Source: Alphaproteobacteria bacterium (GTDB lineage Bacteria > Pseudomonadota > Alphaproteobacteria > UBA8366 > GCA-2717185). From it: 64,000 nt of DNA. The stretch is taken from positions 6,534-70,533 of the forward strand of contig JBBDQU010000040.1 in NCBI GenBank assembly GCA_040905865.1, written 5' to 3'. Positions 9,472-21,300 of the stretch are shown here, in pieces; the first letter of the stretch is position 1; each line of letters starts with the position of its first letter. The translations under genes and the position numbers were made by a program. Under the pieces are notes generated by a model. That model had not been told where the DNA came from and did no database searches. It saw only the letters and a list, made by a program, of their open reading frames with translations.

Positions 9472-11226
9472 ATGGCTCCTGAAACAGCCGAAGTTGCCAA
9501 AGAAAGTTTTGCCGATCTGCTGAATGAAACGCTGGGGGATTCGAGCGGCCTCGAAGGCTCCGTCGTCAAGGGCACTATCATCGCCATCGAAAACGATTTC
9601 GCCCTGATCGACGCCGGCCTGAAGTCGGAGGGACGCATTGCCCTGCGCGAGTTCACCGGCGCCGGGATCGGCGAGGAAATCCGGGTCGGCGATGTCGTCG
9701 ACGTCTACCTCGAACGGATGGAAAACCGCAACGGCGAAGCCGTTCTGTCCCGCGAAAAAGCGCGGCGTGAGGAAGCCTGGGGCCTGCTCGAGCAGGCGTT
9801 CGAGTCCACCGAACGGGTCACGGGCACGATATTCGGCCGGGTCAAGGGCGGCTTTACCGTCGATCTCTCCGGCGCTGTGGCCTTCCTGCCGGGCAGTCAG
9901 GTCGATATTCGTCCGGTTCGCGATATCACGCCCCTCATGGGCAACCCGCAGCCGTTCCAGATTCTGAAAATGGATCGCGGACGCGGCAATATCGTCGTCT
10001 CCCGGCGCGCCGTTCTGGAGGAAAGCCGCGCCGAGCAGCGCTCCGAACTGATCGCCAACCTGAAAGAGGGTCAGGTCCTGGAAGGCGTTGTCAAGAATAT
10101 CACCGATTACGGCGCGTTCGTCGACCTGGGCGGCGTCGACGGCCTGCTGCACGTTACCGACATTGCGTGGCGACGGATCAATCATCCGTCCGAAGCGCTG
10201 CAGATCGGCCAGACCGTCAAGGTCCAGGTCATCCGCTTCAATTCGGAAACCCAGCGCATCAGCCTTGGCATGAAACAGCTGGAGGCCGATCCCTGGGATG
10301 GCGTGGCGGACAAGTATCCCATCGGCACCCGCTTTACCGGCCGGATCACGAATATTACCGATTACGGCGCGTTCGTGGAACTGGAACCCGGTGTGGAAGG
10401 CCTGGTCCATGTCTCCGAAATGAGCTGGACCAAGAAGAACGTGCATCCGGGCAAGATCGTCTCCACAAGCCAGGCGGTCGACGTGATGGTTCTCGATGTC
10501 GACTCCAACAAGCGTCGCATCAGCCTCGGCCTCAAGCAGACCATGGCGAATCCCTGGGAGGATTTCCAGGAACGCTTCCCGACCGACAGCATCATCGAAG
10601 GCGAGGTCAAGAATATTACCGAATTCGGTATTTTTATCGGCCTTGCGGACGATATCGACGGCATGGTCCATCTGTCGGATATCGACTGGCAACTACCGGG
10701 CGAAGAGGCCATCAAGAAGTACGAGAAGGGCGACATCGTCAAGGCGAAGATCCTCGAAGTCGATGTCACCAAGGAACGTATCAGCCTCGGCATCAAGCAA
10801 CTGACCGACGACCCGATTGCCGGCAGCGCCGCAGATGTGAAGAAAGGCAGCATCGTGACCTGTACGGTCTCCGCGATCCAGGAAAACGGGATCGAAGTGA
10901 CCGTCAACGATGTTCTGCAGGGCTTCATCCGCCGGTCGGACCTGTCCCGCGACCGTTCGGAGCAGCGCCCCGACCGATTTGCCGTCGGCGACAAGATCGA
11001 CGCGCGGGTTACGTCAATCGACGCTTCGGGCCGCAAGCTGAGCCTTTCGGTCAAGGCGCGTGAAATCCAGGAAGAAAAGAAGGCCATGCAGGAATACGGC
11101 AGCTCCGATTCCGGCGCATCGCTGGGCGATATTCTTGGGGCGGCGTTGCAGTCGCGGCGTGAATCCGTCGCGGAGGATGCATCCGATAGCGACGACGATG
11201 CCGCCGATAAGGGCGACAAGGCCTGA
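9472..11226 (+). CDS. rpsA: 30S ribosomal protein S1
   Basis: Repeated S1 domains (KNITDYGAFVDLGG, RISLGMKQL) and SGASLGDILG tail. Confidence 0.99.
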   Translation: MAPETAEVAKESFADLLNETLGDSSGLEGSVVKGTIIAIENDFALIDAGLKSEGRIALREFTGAGIGEEIRVGDVVDVYLERMENRNGEAVLSREKARREEAWGLLEQAFESTERVTGTIFGRVKGGFTVDLSGAVAFLPGSQVDIRPVRDITPLMGNPQPFQILKMDRGRGNIVVSRRAVLEESRAEQRSELIANLKEGQVLEGVVKNITDYGAFVDLGGVDGLLHVTDIAWRRINHPSEALQIGQTVKVQVIRFNSETQRISLGMKQLEADPWDGVADKYPIGTRFTGRITNITDYGAFVELEPGVEGLVHVSEMSWTKKNVHPGKIVSTSQAVDVMVLDVDSNKRRISLGLKQTMANPWEDFQERFPTDSIIEGEVKNITEFGIFIGLADDIDGMVHLSDIDWQLPGEEAIKKYEKGDIVKAKILEVDVTKERISLGIKQLTDDPIAGSAADVKKGSIVTCTVSAIQENGIEVTVNDVLQGFIRRSDLSRDRSEQRPDRFAVGDKIDARVTSIDASGRKLSLSVKAREIQEEKKAMQEYGSSDSGASLGDILGAALQSRRESVAEDASDSDDDAADKGDKA

Positions 11227-11258
11227 GCAGCAGGGTCATCGGAAAGCTGAACGGGATC

Positions 11259-11314
11259 AAGGGGAAAACCGTACGATCGACTTTTGGATCGGGCCGGTTT
11301 TCCCCTTCTTGTTT
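11259..11314 (+). terminator. Probable intrinsic terminator after rpsA
   Basis: AAGGGGAAAACCG...CGGTTTTCCCCTT stem followed by CTTGTTT. Confidence 0.6.
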
Positions 11315-11493
11315 ACAAAACGACAAAACCATTGATTTCACTGGGACTATCGCTTGACGTACAGGCCGGGCTTTGGCACGCTCTATCCCTTAGACCAGAG
11401 AGGAAAAGCGCCGGTCTATCGTGAACAGGGAAACAATCCAGAACCGGCCCGCCTCAATAAGTTGCCGGCATACCGAAAAAGGAATTCGCTGCG

Positions 11494-11775
11494 ATGACTA
11501 AGTCAGAGTTGATTGCGCGCATCGCCGAGCTCAACCCGCATTTGTATCAACGGGATGTCGAACGGATCGTCTCGACGATTTTCGAGGAGATTTCCGCTGC
11601 ATTATCCCGTGGTGACCGGGTTGAACTTCGCGGTTTCGGGGCATTTTCCATAAAGTCCCGGGACTCGCGCGTTGGACGGAACCCCCGCACCGGGGAGGCC
11701 GTTGAAGTCGTTTCCAAGACGGTGCCGTTCTTCAAGACGGGTAAACAGTTACGCGAACTTATCAATAACAGCTGA
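11494..11775 (+). CDS. ihfB: Integration host factor beta
   Basis: MTKSELI...[10 protein letters not shown]...GRNPRTGE...[11 protein letters not shown]. Confidence 0.97.
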   Translation: MTKSELIARIAELNPHLYQRDVERIVSTIFEEISAALSRGDRVELRGFGAFSIKSRDSRVGRNPRTGEAVEVVSKTVPFFKTGKQLRELINNS

Positions 11776-11790
11776 GGTCGGTTTTCTTCC

Positions 11791-12114
11791 ATGAAGCTTC
11801 TCAACTGGGCATTCGTACTGGCATTGGCCGCCATTGCGGTGTCTTTTGCGTTGAGCAACGATCAGGTCACCGAACTGGCATTATGGCCGGCGCCGTACAG
11901 CGTGGAGGTTCCGGTGTACGGCGCGGTCATGGCTGCGTTCGTCATCGGCTTCTTTAGCGGCGGGCTGGTTGTCTGGCTGGGGCGTATCGCCGCGCGGCAC
12001 AAAAGGCGGGGCCGGACAGGGCGCGACGAGCAGGATACCGCCGGGACCGAACCGGCGTCCGGCGGCACCGCCATGACGACATCCACACCGTCCCTTCCCG
12101 CGACGGGGCGTTGA
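11791..12114 (+). CDS. LapA (DUF1049) family membrane protein
   Basis: Two hydrophobic segments, FALSN...LWP...P; lies between ihfB and pyrF. Confidence 0.8.
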   Translation: MKLLNWAFVLALAAIAVSFALSNDQVTELALWPAPYSVEVPVYGAVMAAFVIGFFSGGLVVWLGRIAARHKRRGRTGRDEQDTAGTEPASGGTAMTTSTPSLPATGR

Positions 12115-12190
12115 TGGGTGGATTCCGGCGGCGCTATCAATAGCGGAAAGCCCGGTGTAAGAATACGCCCGCATCGTCCCCGGAGGAATC

Positions 12191-12910
12191 ATGACCAAGC
12201 CAGCCGATCGTATTTTTGTCGCGCTTGACACCACGAATGTCGACGAAGCCAGGGCCATGGCGCAACGCCTGAAAGGCACTGTCGGCGGTGTGAAGCTGGG
12301 GCTGGAGTTCTTTACCGCGAACGGCGCCGCCGGCGTCCGCGCCGTGACCGGTTCCGGGCTGCCGCTGTTTCTGGATCTGAAATTCCACGATATCCCGAAT
12401 ACGGTTGCCGGCGCCATCCGCGCCGCCATCAGCCTGCGCCCGAAGATCGTGAACGTGCACGCCGCCGGCGGGCCCGCCATGATGCGCGCGGCGGCCGAGG
12501 CGGCGACCGAGGCGGCGAAGGCGCAAAAGGCACCGCGGCCCATGGTCATCGCTGTCACGGTCCTCACCAGCCTGGACGCCGGTGACCTGGAAGCCGTCGG
12601 CCAGATAGGCCCCGCCGCCGATCAGGTCCTCCGGCTCGCGCGGCTGACGCGGGACTGCGGGCTGGACGGCATCGTCTGTTCGCCCAAGGAAGTCGCCAGC
12701 GTCCGGGCCGCCTGCGGACCGGGTTTCAAGCTGGTTGTGCCCGGCATCCGCCCGAACCTGAGCCTGTCCAACGATCAGAAGCGGACCGCCGGACCCGCCG
12801 ACGCGGTCGGCGCCGGCGCCGATATCCTGGTCATCGGACGTCCGATTACGCGCGCGCCCGACCCCGCGGCCGCGGCCAGGGCCATGGCCGCAACGCTGGC
12901 CGCCGGCTGA
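12191..12910 (+). CDS. pyrF: Orotidine-5'-phosphate decarboxylase
   Basis: VALD, FLDLKFHDIPNTV, VTVLTS, PGIRP, DQKR, IGRPIT. Confidence 0.97.
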   Translation: MTKPADRIFVALDTTNVDEARAMAQRLKGTVGGVKLGLEFFTANGAAGVRAVTGSGLPLFLDLKFHDIPNTVAGAIRAAISLRPKIVNVHAAGGPAMMRAAAEAATEAAKAQKAPRPMVIAVTVLTSLDAGDLEAVGQIGPAADQVLRLARLTRDCGLDGIVCSPKEVASVRAACGPGFKLVVPGIRPNLSLSNDQKRTAGPADAVGAGADILVIGRPITRAPDPAAAARAMAATLAAG

Positions 12911-12914
12911 AACC

Positions 12915-13562
12915 ATGCCGGTCACCGCAAAAATCTGCGGCATCAACGATCCGGCAGCGATGCAGACAGCGGTTTCCGGCGGCGCGAGCCATGTCGGGCT
13001 GGTCTTCTACCCGCCCAGTCCGCGCGCTGTGTCCCCGCAGCAGGCCGCCGCGCTGGTCGCGCTGGCGCCCGGCCATGTCACGCGGGTCGGACTGTTCGTC
13101 GATGCCGCCGATGCGGCCATTGACGCCGTTCTGGATGCGGTAGCTTTGGACCTGTTGCAACTGCACGGCGCGGAATCGCCGGAACGCGTCACCGAGTTGA
13201 AGCAGCGCACCGGCCTGAAGGTGATGAAGGCGATCCCCATTGCGGAAGAAGCCGACCTCGCCCGCGCCGACGCCTATTTGCCTGTCGCCGACTGGCTGCT
13301 GTTCGACGCAAAGCCGCCGAAAAGCATGGCCAACGCGCTGCCCGGCGGCAATGCGCTCAGTTTCGAATGGCGGTTGCTGGCCGACCGCCAATGGCCGCTG
13401 CCCTGGATGCTCGCCGGCGGGCTGGACAGCGGCAACGCCGCCGAGGCGGTCAGGCTGTCCCGCGCGGTCATCCTGGATACCTCTTCGGGTGTGGAGGATT
13501 CGCCGGGGCAAAAGAACCCCGACAAGATCCGCGCGTTTCTGGCGGCCGTTGCGGCGCTCTGA
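12915..13562 (+). CDS. trpF: Phosphoribosylanthranilate isomerase
   Basis: KICGI, QLHGAE, LFDAK, LAGGL, DTSSGVE. Confidence 0.97.
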   Translation: MPVTAKICGINDPAAMQTAVSGGASHVGLVFYPPSPRAVSPQQAAALVALAPGHVTRVGLFVDAADAAIDAVLDAVALDLLQLHGAESPERVTELKQRTGLKVMKAIPIAEEADLARADAYLPVADWLLFDAKPPKSMANALPGGNALSFEWRLLADRQWPLPWMLAGGLDSGNAAEAVRLSRAVILDTSSGVEDSPGQKNPDKIRAFLAAVAAL

Positions 13563-13631
13563 TCCGCGCGATTTTCTGGTTCCGGCGGCACCGGTCCTGT
13601 ATTAATACCGGCCTATTAACGCGGAGAGGAC

Positions 13632-14843
13632 ATGGAACAGCAGAACACCTTTCGCGGCGGCCCGGACGAATCTGGTCATTTCGGCATTTTCGGCGGACGG
13701 TTCGTTGCCGAAACCCTGATGCCGCTGATCCTGGAAGTCGAAAAAGCCTATACCGCGGCGCGGCAGGACCCATCCTTCCAGGCGGAGATCGATTATTACC
13801 TGAAGCATTATGTCGGCCGGCCGAGCCCGCTGTATTTTGCGCGGCGGCTGACCGAACATTTTGGCGGCGCTAAAATATATTTCAAGCGCGACGAGCTGAA
13901 CCACACCGGCGCCCACAAGATCAACAATACGATCGGCCAGATCCTGCTGGCGCGGCGCATGGGCAAGAAGCGGATCATCGCCGAAACCGGCGCCGGCCAG
14001 CACGGCGTCGCCACGGCCACGGTCTGCGCCCTGTTCAACCTTCCCTGCGTCGTCTATATGGGCAAGACCGATATCGAACGGCAGAAACCGAACGTCTTCC
14101 GCATGAAGCTGCTGGGGGCGGAAATTGTCCCCGTGACCAGCGGCACCGCGACGCTCAAGGATGCCATGAACGATGCCCTGCGGGACTGGGTGTCCAATGT
14201 CGAGGACACGTTCTACATCATCGGCACCGCCGCGGGGCCGCATCCCTACCCGGCGATGGTGCGCGACTTCCAGTCCGTCATCGGCCGGGAGGCGCGCGAA
14301 CAGATGCTCGAAGCCGAAGGCCGCCTGCCCGACTCGCTGGTGGCCTGCATCGGCGGCGGCTCCAACGCCATCGGGCTGTTCCACCCGTTCCTGGACGATC
14401 CGTCCGTGAAGATGTACGGCGTGGAAGCCGCCGGACTCGGGCTGAACACGACGAAACACGCGGCATCGATCGCCGGCGGCAGGCCGGGCGTGCTGCACGG
14501 CAACCGGACCTACCTGCTGCAGAACGACGACGGGCAGATCCTGGACGCGCATTCGATTTCCGCCGGGCTGGACTACCCGGGCATCGGTCCGGAACATTCA
14601 TGGCTGCACGAATCCGGCCGGGTGAAATACGTATCCGCGCAGGATGACGGCGCGCTGGCCGCCTTCCAGCTGTGCAGCCGCATGGAAGGCATCATACCGG
14701 CGCTCGAACCCGCCCACGCGCTGGATTTCGTGTCCCGGATCGCCCCGGACCTGCCGAAGGACCATCTTCTCTGCATGAACATGTGCGGCCGCGGCGACAA
14801 GGACATCTTTGCCGTCGCCGAATCACTGGGAACGGAACTATGA
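13632..14843 (+). CDS. trpB: Tryptophan synthase beta chain
   Basis: [11 protein letters not shown] (PLP lysine), [23 protein letters not shown]. Confidence 0.99.
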   Translation: MEQQNTFRGGPDESGHFGIFGGRFVAETLMPLILEVEKAYTAARQDPSFQAEIDYYLKHYVGRPSPLYFARRLTEHFGGAKIYFKRDELNHTGAHKINNTIGQILLARRMGKKRIIAETGAGQHGVATATVCALFNLPCVVYMGKTDIERQKPNVFRMKLLGAEIVPVTSGTATLKDAMNDALRDWVSNVEDTFYIIGTAAGPHPYPAMVRDFQSVIGREAREQMLEAEGRLPDSLVACIGGGSNAIGLFHPFLDDPSVKMYGVEAAGLGLNTTKHAASIAGGRPGVLHGNRTYLLQNDDGQILDAHSISAGLDYPGIGPEHSWLHESGRVKYVSAQDDGALAAFQLCSRMEGIIPALEPAHALDFVSRIAPDLPKDHLLCMNMCGRGDKDIFAVAESLGTEL

Positions 14844-15673
14844 ACAGGGGCGCGGATTCCGGCCGCATCGCCAGGCGCTTCGCGGCGCTGAAGGCCGAAG
14901 AGCGCGGCGGGCTGGTGACCTTTGTGACGGCGGGCGACCCGGACCGGCCGACGTTCGAGAAGATCCTGCTGGGCCTGCCGGGCGCGGGCGCCGACCTGAT
15001 CGAACTGGGCATGCCGTTCAGCGACCCGATGGCGGACGGCCCGGCCATTCAAGCCGCCTCCGTGCGCGCGCTGGCGAGCGGTGCGAACATGAAGCAGACC
15101 CTCGACCTCGTGCGACTGTTCCGCCACTCCGACGGTGACACGCCAATCATCCTGATGGGCTACTACAACCCCATCTATCTCTACGGCGTCGAACGCTTCC
15201 TCAACGACGCGAAGGCGGCCGGCGTCGACGGGTTGATTGTCGTCGACCTGCCGCCGGAAGAGGATGCGGAACTCTGCCTTCCGGCGCTGGAGGCCGGTAT
15301 CAATTTCATCCGGCTGGCGACCCCGACGACCGACGATGCCCGCCTTCCCGCCGTCCTGCGGAACACCAGCGGGTTCGTCTATTACGTTTCGGTGCTGGGC
15401 ATTACCGGCACCAAGTCCGGGCGGAACGACGATATCCGCGGCGCGGTCGAACGGCTGCATCGCCATACGGACCTTCCCGTGGCCGTCGGGTTCGGGATCC
15501 GCACGGCGGACGCGGTGCATGCCATCACGCGGACAGCCGATGCCGCCGTCGTCGGCTCTGCGATTGTCGACCGAATCGCAAACGGTCTTGACGGGAACGG
15601 CAAACCGGCTGCCGGTCTCGTGGATTCGGTCTTGAATTACGTCCGGGAACTGGCAGGTGGATTGAAACCATGA
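14840..15673 (+). CDS. trpA: Tryptophan synthase alpha chain
   Basis: [36 protein letters not shown] overlap with trpB. Confidence 0.98.
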   Translation: MNRGADSGRIARRFAALKAEERGGLVTFVTAGDPDRPTFEKILLGLPGAGADLIELGMPFSDPMADGPAIQAASVRALASGANMKQTLDLVRLFRHSDGDTPIILMGYYNPIYLYGVERFLNDAKAAGVDGLIVVDLPPEEDAELCLPALEAGINFIRLATPTTDDARLPAVLRNTSGFVYYVSVLGITGTKSGRNDDIRGAVERLHRHTDLPVAVGFGIRTADAVHAITRTADAAVVGSAIVDRIANGLDGNGKPAAGLVDSVLNYVRELAGGLKP

Positions 15674-16620
15674 GCTGGCTGACAAATTTCGTTCGACCCA
15701 AGCTGCAGGCCCTGGTCAACAGGGCGGAGGTGCCGGACAACCTGTGGAGCAAATGCCCGGAATGCGACCAGATGATCTTCCACCGGGATCTCGAAAAAAA
15801 TCTGCATGTCTGCCAGCATTGCGGCCATCACCTGCGCATATCGGCCGAACGGCGCCTGAAAATGCTGTTCGATGACGGCGTCTATCAGCGGGTCAATGTG
15901 CCGAGCACCCCGGACGATCCGCTTGGCTTCCGCGACCGCCGGCGCTACACGGACCGGCTGAAGGAAGCCCGGAACGCAACCAAGGAACGCGACGCCGTCG
16001 TCGTCGCCACCGGCAGGATGGGCGGGCAGCCCGCGGTGATCGCCGCGCTGAATTTCGAATTCATGGCCGGGTCGATGGGTATCGCCGCCGGTTCGGGCTT
16101 CGTCGCCGCCGCGCGACGGGCCGTCAGCCAGCACGCGCCGCTGATCGTGATCCCCGCATCGGGCGGCGCCCGCATGCAGGAAGGCATCATGTCGCTGATG
16201 CAGCTTCCGCGCACCGTCGTCGCCGTGCAGGATGTCAAGGAAGCGGGCCTCCCGTATATTGTCCTGCTGACCGACCCGACCACCGGCGGCGTCTCCGCCA
16301 GCTTCGCCATGCTGGGCGATATTCATCTGGCCGAACCCGGCGCCACCATCGGCTTTGCCGGCAGGCGGGTGATTGAGCAGACGGTGCACGAAAACCTGCC
16401 GGACGGGTTCCAGACAGCGGAATTCCTGCTGGAACACGGCATGATCGACTGTGTCGTGCCGCGTTCGGCCCTGCGCGACACGCTGATCCGGCTGATCGAC
16501 CTGCTGCGCAACCCGCGCCCGCCGGGTGAGCCTGAATCCGAAGGTGGCGACAGGGATTTACATATCCCGGATTCGGACGACAAGGCGCAGCCGGAAGACC
16601 CCCCGCTCCGGATCGGATAG
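15670..16620 (+). CDS. accD: Acetyl-CoA carboxylase carboxyltransferase beta
   Basis: N-terminal CPEC...CQHC zinc finger, [31 protein letters not shown]. Confidence 0.98.
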   Translation: MSWLTNFVRPKLQALVNRAEVPDNLWSKCPECDQMIFHRDLEKNLHVCQHCGHHLRISAERRLKMLFDDGVYQRVNVPSTPDDPLGFRDRRRYTDRLKEARNATKERDAVVVATGRMGGQPAVIAALNFEFMAGSMGIAAGSGFVAAARRAVSQHAPLIVIPASGGARMQEGIMSLMQLPRTVVAVQDVKEAGLPYIVLLTDPTTGGVSASFAMLGDIHLAEPGATIGFAGRRVIEQTVHENLPDGFQTAEFLLEHGMIDCVVPRSALRDTLIRLIDLLRNPRPPGEPESEGGDRDLHIPDSDDKAQPEDPPLRIG

Positions 16621-16628
16621 CCCGCCCC

Positions 16629-17918
16629 ATGGACCCGCGCAGCAGCGACGCCGTCCTCGCGCGCCTGATGACGTTGCACCCCAAGAAAATCGACCTGTCG
16701 CTCGGCCGGACGCTCGACCTGCTGGAACGGCTCGGCCGTCCGCAGGACCGGCTGCCGCCGGTGGTCCATGTCGCCGGGACCAATGGCAAGGGCTCGCTGA
16801 TCGCCTTCCTGCGCGCCATGCTGGAAGCCGCCGGCAAGCGCGTGCATGTCTATACCTCGCCGCATCTGGTCCGCTTCAACGAGCGCATCCGGCTGGCGGG
16901 CCAGCTGATTTCGGAAGAACGCCTGGCGCAGTTGCTGGGCTATTGCGAGATCGTGAACGAAGGGCGGCCGATCACCTTCTTCGAGATCACCACCGCCGCC
17001 GCCTTCCGCGCCTTCGCGGAAACGCCGGCGGATATCGTCCTGCTGGAAACCGGGCTTGGCGGGCGGTTCGATTCGACCAATGTCGTTGCCCGACCGGCCC
17101 TGACCGCCATTACTCCCATTTCGATCGATCACGTTCAGTTCCTGGGTCCGACGATAACGGCGATTGCCGGCGAAAAAGCGGCGATCCAGAAGCCCGGCGT
17201 CCCGTCGGTCATCGGCGAGCAGCCGCCGGAAGCCGCCGCCGTTATCGCCGAACAGGCGCGGGCCGTGGGCGCGCCCCTGTTCCGCCATGGCGCCGACTGG
17301 GGGGCGTCGGGCGACGCCACCAGCCTGCGGGTGCGGCTCGGCGCCGGTATCCGGCAGTATCCCGCCCCGGCGCTGCCCGGTGCACACCAGATCCACAATG
17401 CGGGCATGGCCGTCGCCTGCGCTGAACAGCTGCGTGGCTTCAACATCAGCAATGCGGCCATCGCCGAGGGGCTGACCCGGGTTTCCTGGCCCGGACGGTT
17501 ACAGCGGTTGATCGGTGGGCCGCTGGTCGATTTGCTGCCGCGCGGCTGGGAGCTATGGCTCGATGGCGGCCATAATGCGGCGGCGGGCGTCGTGCTGGGA
17601 CAGGTCGCCCGCGACTGGCAGGACCGGCCGCTGTTCCTCGTTGCCGGCATGCTGGACAGCAAGGATGCGGGCGCATTCTTCCAGCCGCTGGGCCCCTATG
17701 TGCAGCAGGTTCAGACCGTCGCCATTCCGGGCGAGGAAGCCAGCCTGAGCGCCGAACAGACCGCCGCCGCCGCGATTTCGAGAAACGCCCGCGCCGTGCC
17801 GGCCCCGTCGATGGCGGAAGCGGTTTCCCGGATCGTCGCGGCCGCCCCGGAACCCGCGCGAATCCTCATCTGCGGCTCGCTCTACCTGGCCGGCAGGGTC
17901 CTGTCGGAGCACCGGTAG
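16629..17918 (+). CDS. folC: Dihydrofolate synthase/folylpolyglutamate synthase
   Basis: HVAGTNGKGS, YTSPHL, ETGLGGRFDSTN, LDGGHN, GSLYLAG. Confidence 0.97.
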   Translation: MDPRSSDAVLARLMTLHPKKIDLSLGRTLDLLERLGRPQDRLPPVVHVAGTNGKGSLIAFLRAMLEAAGKRVHVYTSPHLVRFNERIRLAGQLISEERLAQLLGYCEIVNEGRPITFFEITTAAAFRAFAETPADIVLLETGLGGRFDSTNVVARPALTAITPISIDHVQFLGPTITAIAGEKAAIQKPGVPSVIGEQPPEAAAVIAEQARAVGAPLFRHGADWGASGDATSLRVRLGAGIRQYPAPALPGAHQIHNAGMAVACAEQLRGFNISNAAIAEGLTRVSWPGRLQRLIGGPLVDLLPRGWELWLDGGHNAAAGVVLGQVARDWQDRPLFLVAGMLDSKDAGAFFQPLGPYVQQVQTVAIPGEEASLSAEQTAAAAISRNARAVPAPSMAEAVSRIVAAAPEPARILICGSLYLAGRVLSEHR

Positions 17919-17927
17919 AGCACAACC

Positions 17928-17960
17928 AAAAAAGGCCCCACCCGAACCGGTGGAGCCTTT
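17928..17960 (-). terminator. Intrinsic terminator for trxA, possibly bidirectional with folC
   Basis: AAAAAAGGCCCCACC-CGAACC-GGTGGAGCCTTT hairpin with a U-run on the minus strand, between convergent genes. Confidence 0.7.
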
Positions 17961-17988
17961 CCTGCGGAATCGGCGACCCGTCAGACCG

Positions 17989-18309
17989 TCAGACGACGGA
18001 TTCAACCCATTGCGCGAGCTGGGTCTTTGCCAGGGCGCCGACTTTCGTCGCCGCGACCTGCCCGTCCTTGAAAAGGATCAGGGTCGGGATGCCCCTTACG
18101 CCGTATTTCGCCGGAGTCTGCGGATTGTCGTCGATATTCAGCTTTGCAATCGTCAGTTTACCGGCCATATCCGTCGCGATTTCTTCCAGCGCCGGCGCAA
18201 TCATCTTGCACGGTCCGCACCATTCAGCCCAGAAGTCGACCAGAACCGGCTGGCCGGCGCCAAGCACGCTCTTGTCGAAATCATCGTCCGATACCTTAAC
18301 CGTTGCCAT
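17989..18309 (-). CDS. trxA: Thioredoxin
   Basis: [16 protein letters not shown]. Confidence 0.98.
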   Translation of the reverse strand: MATVKVSDDDFDKSVLGAGQPVLVDFWAEWCGPCKMIAPALEEIATDMAGKLTIAKLNIDDNPQTPAKYGVRGIPTLILFKDGQVAATKVGALAKTQLAQWVESVV

Positions 18310-18370
18310 ATTGCTACCCCTGCGGTTATTTCAACGCCGGATTCCCTTTGGGAACCCTTTGATACGGACT

Positions 18371-21300
18371 CTATGGAGCATCGAAGAAACGGTCAAGCAA
18401 CGAGTCGTTGAGCGCCATGATGCGCGGCCCGTCCGTCCACAGCAGCGCACAGCGAACCGGCCGATCCGGCCAGATTTGCCGCAGGATGGCGCGGTAGGCC
18501 GCCATCTGGCGCAAATAAACCTCTGCAACATCCGCTTCGCGCCGGGGCGGCGGGCGGTTGGTCTTGTAATCGACAACCAGAATTTCGTCGTCCCGAATAA
18601 CCACCCGGTCGACCTGTCCGGACACGATTTCCGGCCCCTCGCGACTGTCGATGCGGCCGACAACGGGCGCTTCGGCGCGGCTGTCCGGGCCGAAAAGCGC
18701 CGCGAATTCAGGGTTTTCCAGCACGGCCATGACTTCAGCCACGATGACGTCCTGTTCCTCCGGGGTCAGCCCGTGCACCTGCAGGGCGAGGAACCCCCCG
18801 GCGGCGGCGCGCCGGCGCGCCGGCGACAGGTCCGGCAGGGTCTGGAGCAACCGGTGGATAAGCGTGCCGCGCCGGAACCGCTGCCCGTTATCGGTATCGA
18901 ACGGCGATACGACCGGCGGATCCATTGCCGGCCGGGACGGCGTCAGCGGCCGGACCGGCGTCGGTTCGGGCGGCGCCGGCGCAAACATCCAGGGCAGCGC
19001 CTCGGCCGGCGGCTCGTCATCGGCGATGGTGGCGGCGTCCGGTGCGCTGTCCACCGACTGCAGGCTGGACAGGCGAATACCCTCGCCCTCCCAGCCATCC
19101 TCGCCATCGGCGGAAAACGCGAAGGGCTCGCCGATCGCTTCCAGCCCCGCATGGGCCATGGCGTACCAGCAGGTGTCCGGCGGCGCCTGTCGTCCTTCGG
19201 CGCCGCAGATATAAAGCCTGTCCTCGGCCCGGGTCATCGCGACATAGAGCAGCCGCCGGTATTCCTGGTCGCGCCGCAGGTTCGCCGCCGCGCGGGCGGT
19301 GGCGCTGACCGCGCTTTCGCAACCGCGATTGGGCGGCCACAGCAGGATACCCTCCGACCACAGCATATCGGGGCTGGACCGCGGCGCGGCCATCGTATCG
19401 GGCAGGATAACGATCGGCGCCTGCAGCCCCTTCGCGCCGTGCACGGTGATGACGCGTACCTCGTCGCGGCTGCCGTGTTCCATATCCCGCTTCACGATCT
19501 GATCGCCCGCCTTCAGCCAGTGCAGGAACCCCTGCAGCGATGGCGGGTTGAGCCGTTCGTGCTCCAGCGTCAGGTTCATGAATTCCTCGACCGGGTCCTC
19601 CGCCTCGACTCCCAGCCGGGCGACAAGGCGCTGCCGCCCGGATTCCCCATCCGCCACCGGCGCGGTCAGGACATGGGAGAAAAGCTCGAAGGGCGGCGCG
19701 AAATCGACCCGCGCCAGCAGGGCGGACAGCCAGCCATGCGCCGCCGCGTAGCGGGGGTCGGCCGCCAGCCGCTGCCACAGGGAGGAATCGCCCCGGTCAT
19801 AGGCCAGCGCAAACAGGTTGTCATCGTCCAGTCCGATGAACGGTCCCTTCAGGACAGTGGCGAGGGTCAGGTTGTCTTCCGGCAGCAGCAGGAATTCGCC
19901 AAGCGCGATCAGGTCCATCACCGCAAGCTGTTCCGCCAGCGCCATCCGGTCGACCCCGGCAACCGGGATGCCGCGCGATTTGAGCGCCCGGACAAACTGG
20001 TCGACGAACCGGTTGCGGCGGCGGACCAGCACCATGATATCGCCGGCGCGGACGGTTCGTCCCCGGGAGGCCAGGACCTCGCACCCGATCCAGCTCTCGA
20101 TTTTCGCCGCCAGCACATTCGCCAGCCGGGCCGAGGGATTATCCGCCGCCTCCCGGTCCAGCGGCGGCGCCCAGGGCGCGGCATCGGGCGCGTCGCGCGG
20201 ACGGACCGGCGGCCAGATTTCGACCAGCCCCGCATGGCCCGCGCGCACCGCGCGATGCACGATCGGTTCGCCGTCCGGCGCAACGCCGTCCCGTGCCGGG
20301 TCTATCCCGAATACCGCATCCACCGTGTCCAGTATTGGCGTCGCGGAGCGGAAGGACCAGTTCAGGTCCACCGATTCCCAGGGTTTTGCCGCGGCTTCCA
20401 CCTGTTTGCGGAAGACTTCGCGCATATGGGTGAACGCCGTCGGATCGGCGCCCTGGAAGCTGAAAATCGACTGTTTCGCATCGCCCACGGTAAACACGGT
20501 CCGGGTTTCGGTCCGCGCCCCGGCGCCGGAGAAAAATTCCTTCGCCAGCGCCTCGACGATGGCCCATTGATGCAGGTTCGTATCCTGCGCCTCGTCGATC
20601 AGGATATGGTCCAGCCCGCCATCCAGCTTGTACAGGACCCAGGCCGCATCGGCGCTCCGGTTCAGCAGGGCAATCGTCTTGAGGATCAGGTCGTCGTAGT
20701 CGAGCCGCGCCAGCACGAGCTTGGATCTTTCATAGGCGTCCAGCAACGCCGCGCCCAGCCGCAACAGGGCGACCGTCGCCTCCGCCGTCACCACCGCGCG
20801 GCATTCGTCCATCACTCCGGCAAGCCGTTCCGCCTCCGCGCCCAGCGCCTCGGCCGAGCCCGGCGCCGCATCCGCCGGCCTGACGGTAATAAGCCGCGAC
20901 CGGAGGTCGCCCGCCTTGGTCAGGAACGCATCGGCGTATCCGGCAAACAATTCCTGCCGCTTGACCGGGTTCGCCTTCAGCCATTGCAACAGGGTCAGGC
21001 CCCGGGGCTGGTCGGTTTTCGCGGTACCTGTCAGCAGCGCTTCACCGGCGCGTGTGAGCGCCGCCGTATCCACCGCGGCGTCCCAGCACGCCCGGGAAAT
21101 CACGTCCGCCGGGGACTGTCCCGGCGCCACGCCCAGTTTCCGGCAGACCGCGTCGCCCATCCCGTCGCCATACAGGTCGATCAGGCCGCGAATCCGGCTG
21201 CGGTTCTGCGCCATGTGGTCCATCAGCGCGGCGAACTGTTCCTCCTGGATATGACCGGTAACGACCGCCAGCGCATCCGCCAGTTCGCCCCCCTGCCGCG

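Noticed and set aside
13602..13619. TTAATA-CCGGCC-TATTAA upstream of trpB as a CtrA site
   Set aside because: The TTAA half-sites are spaced by 10, not 7. The palindrome is real, but no regulator can be assigned and there is no attenuator peptide.
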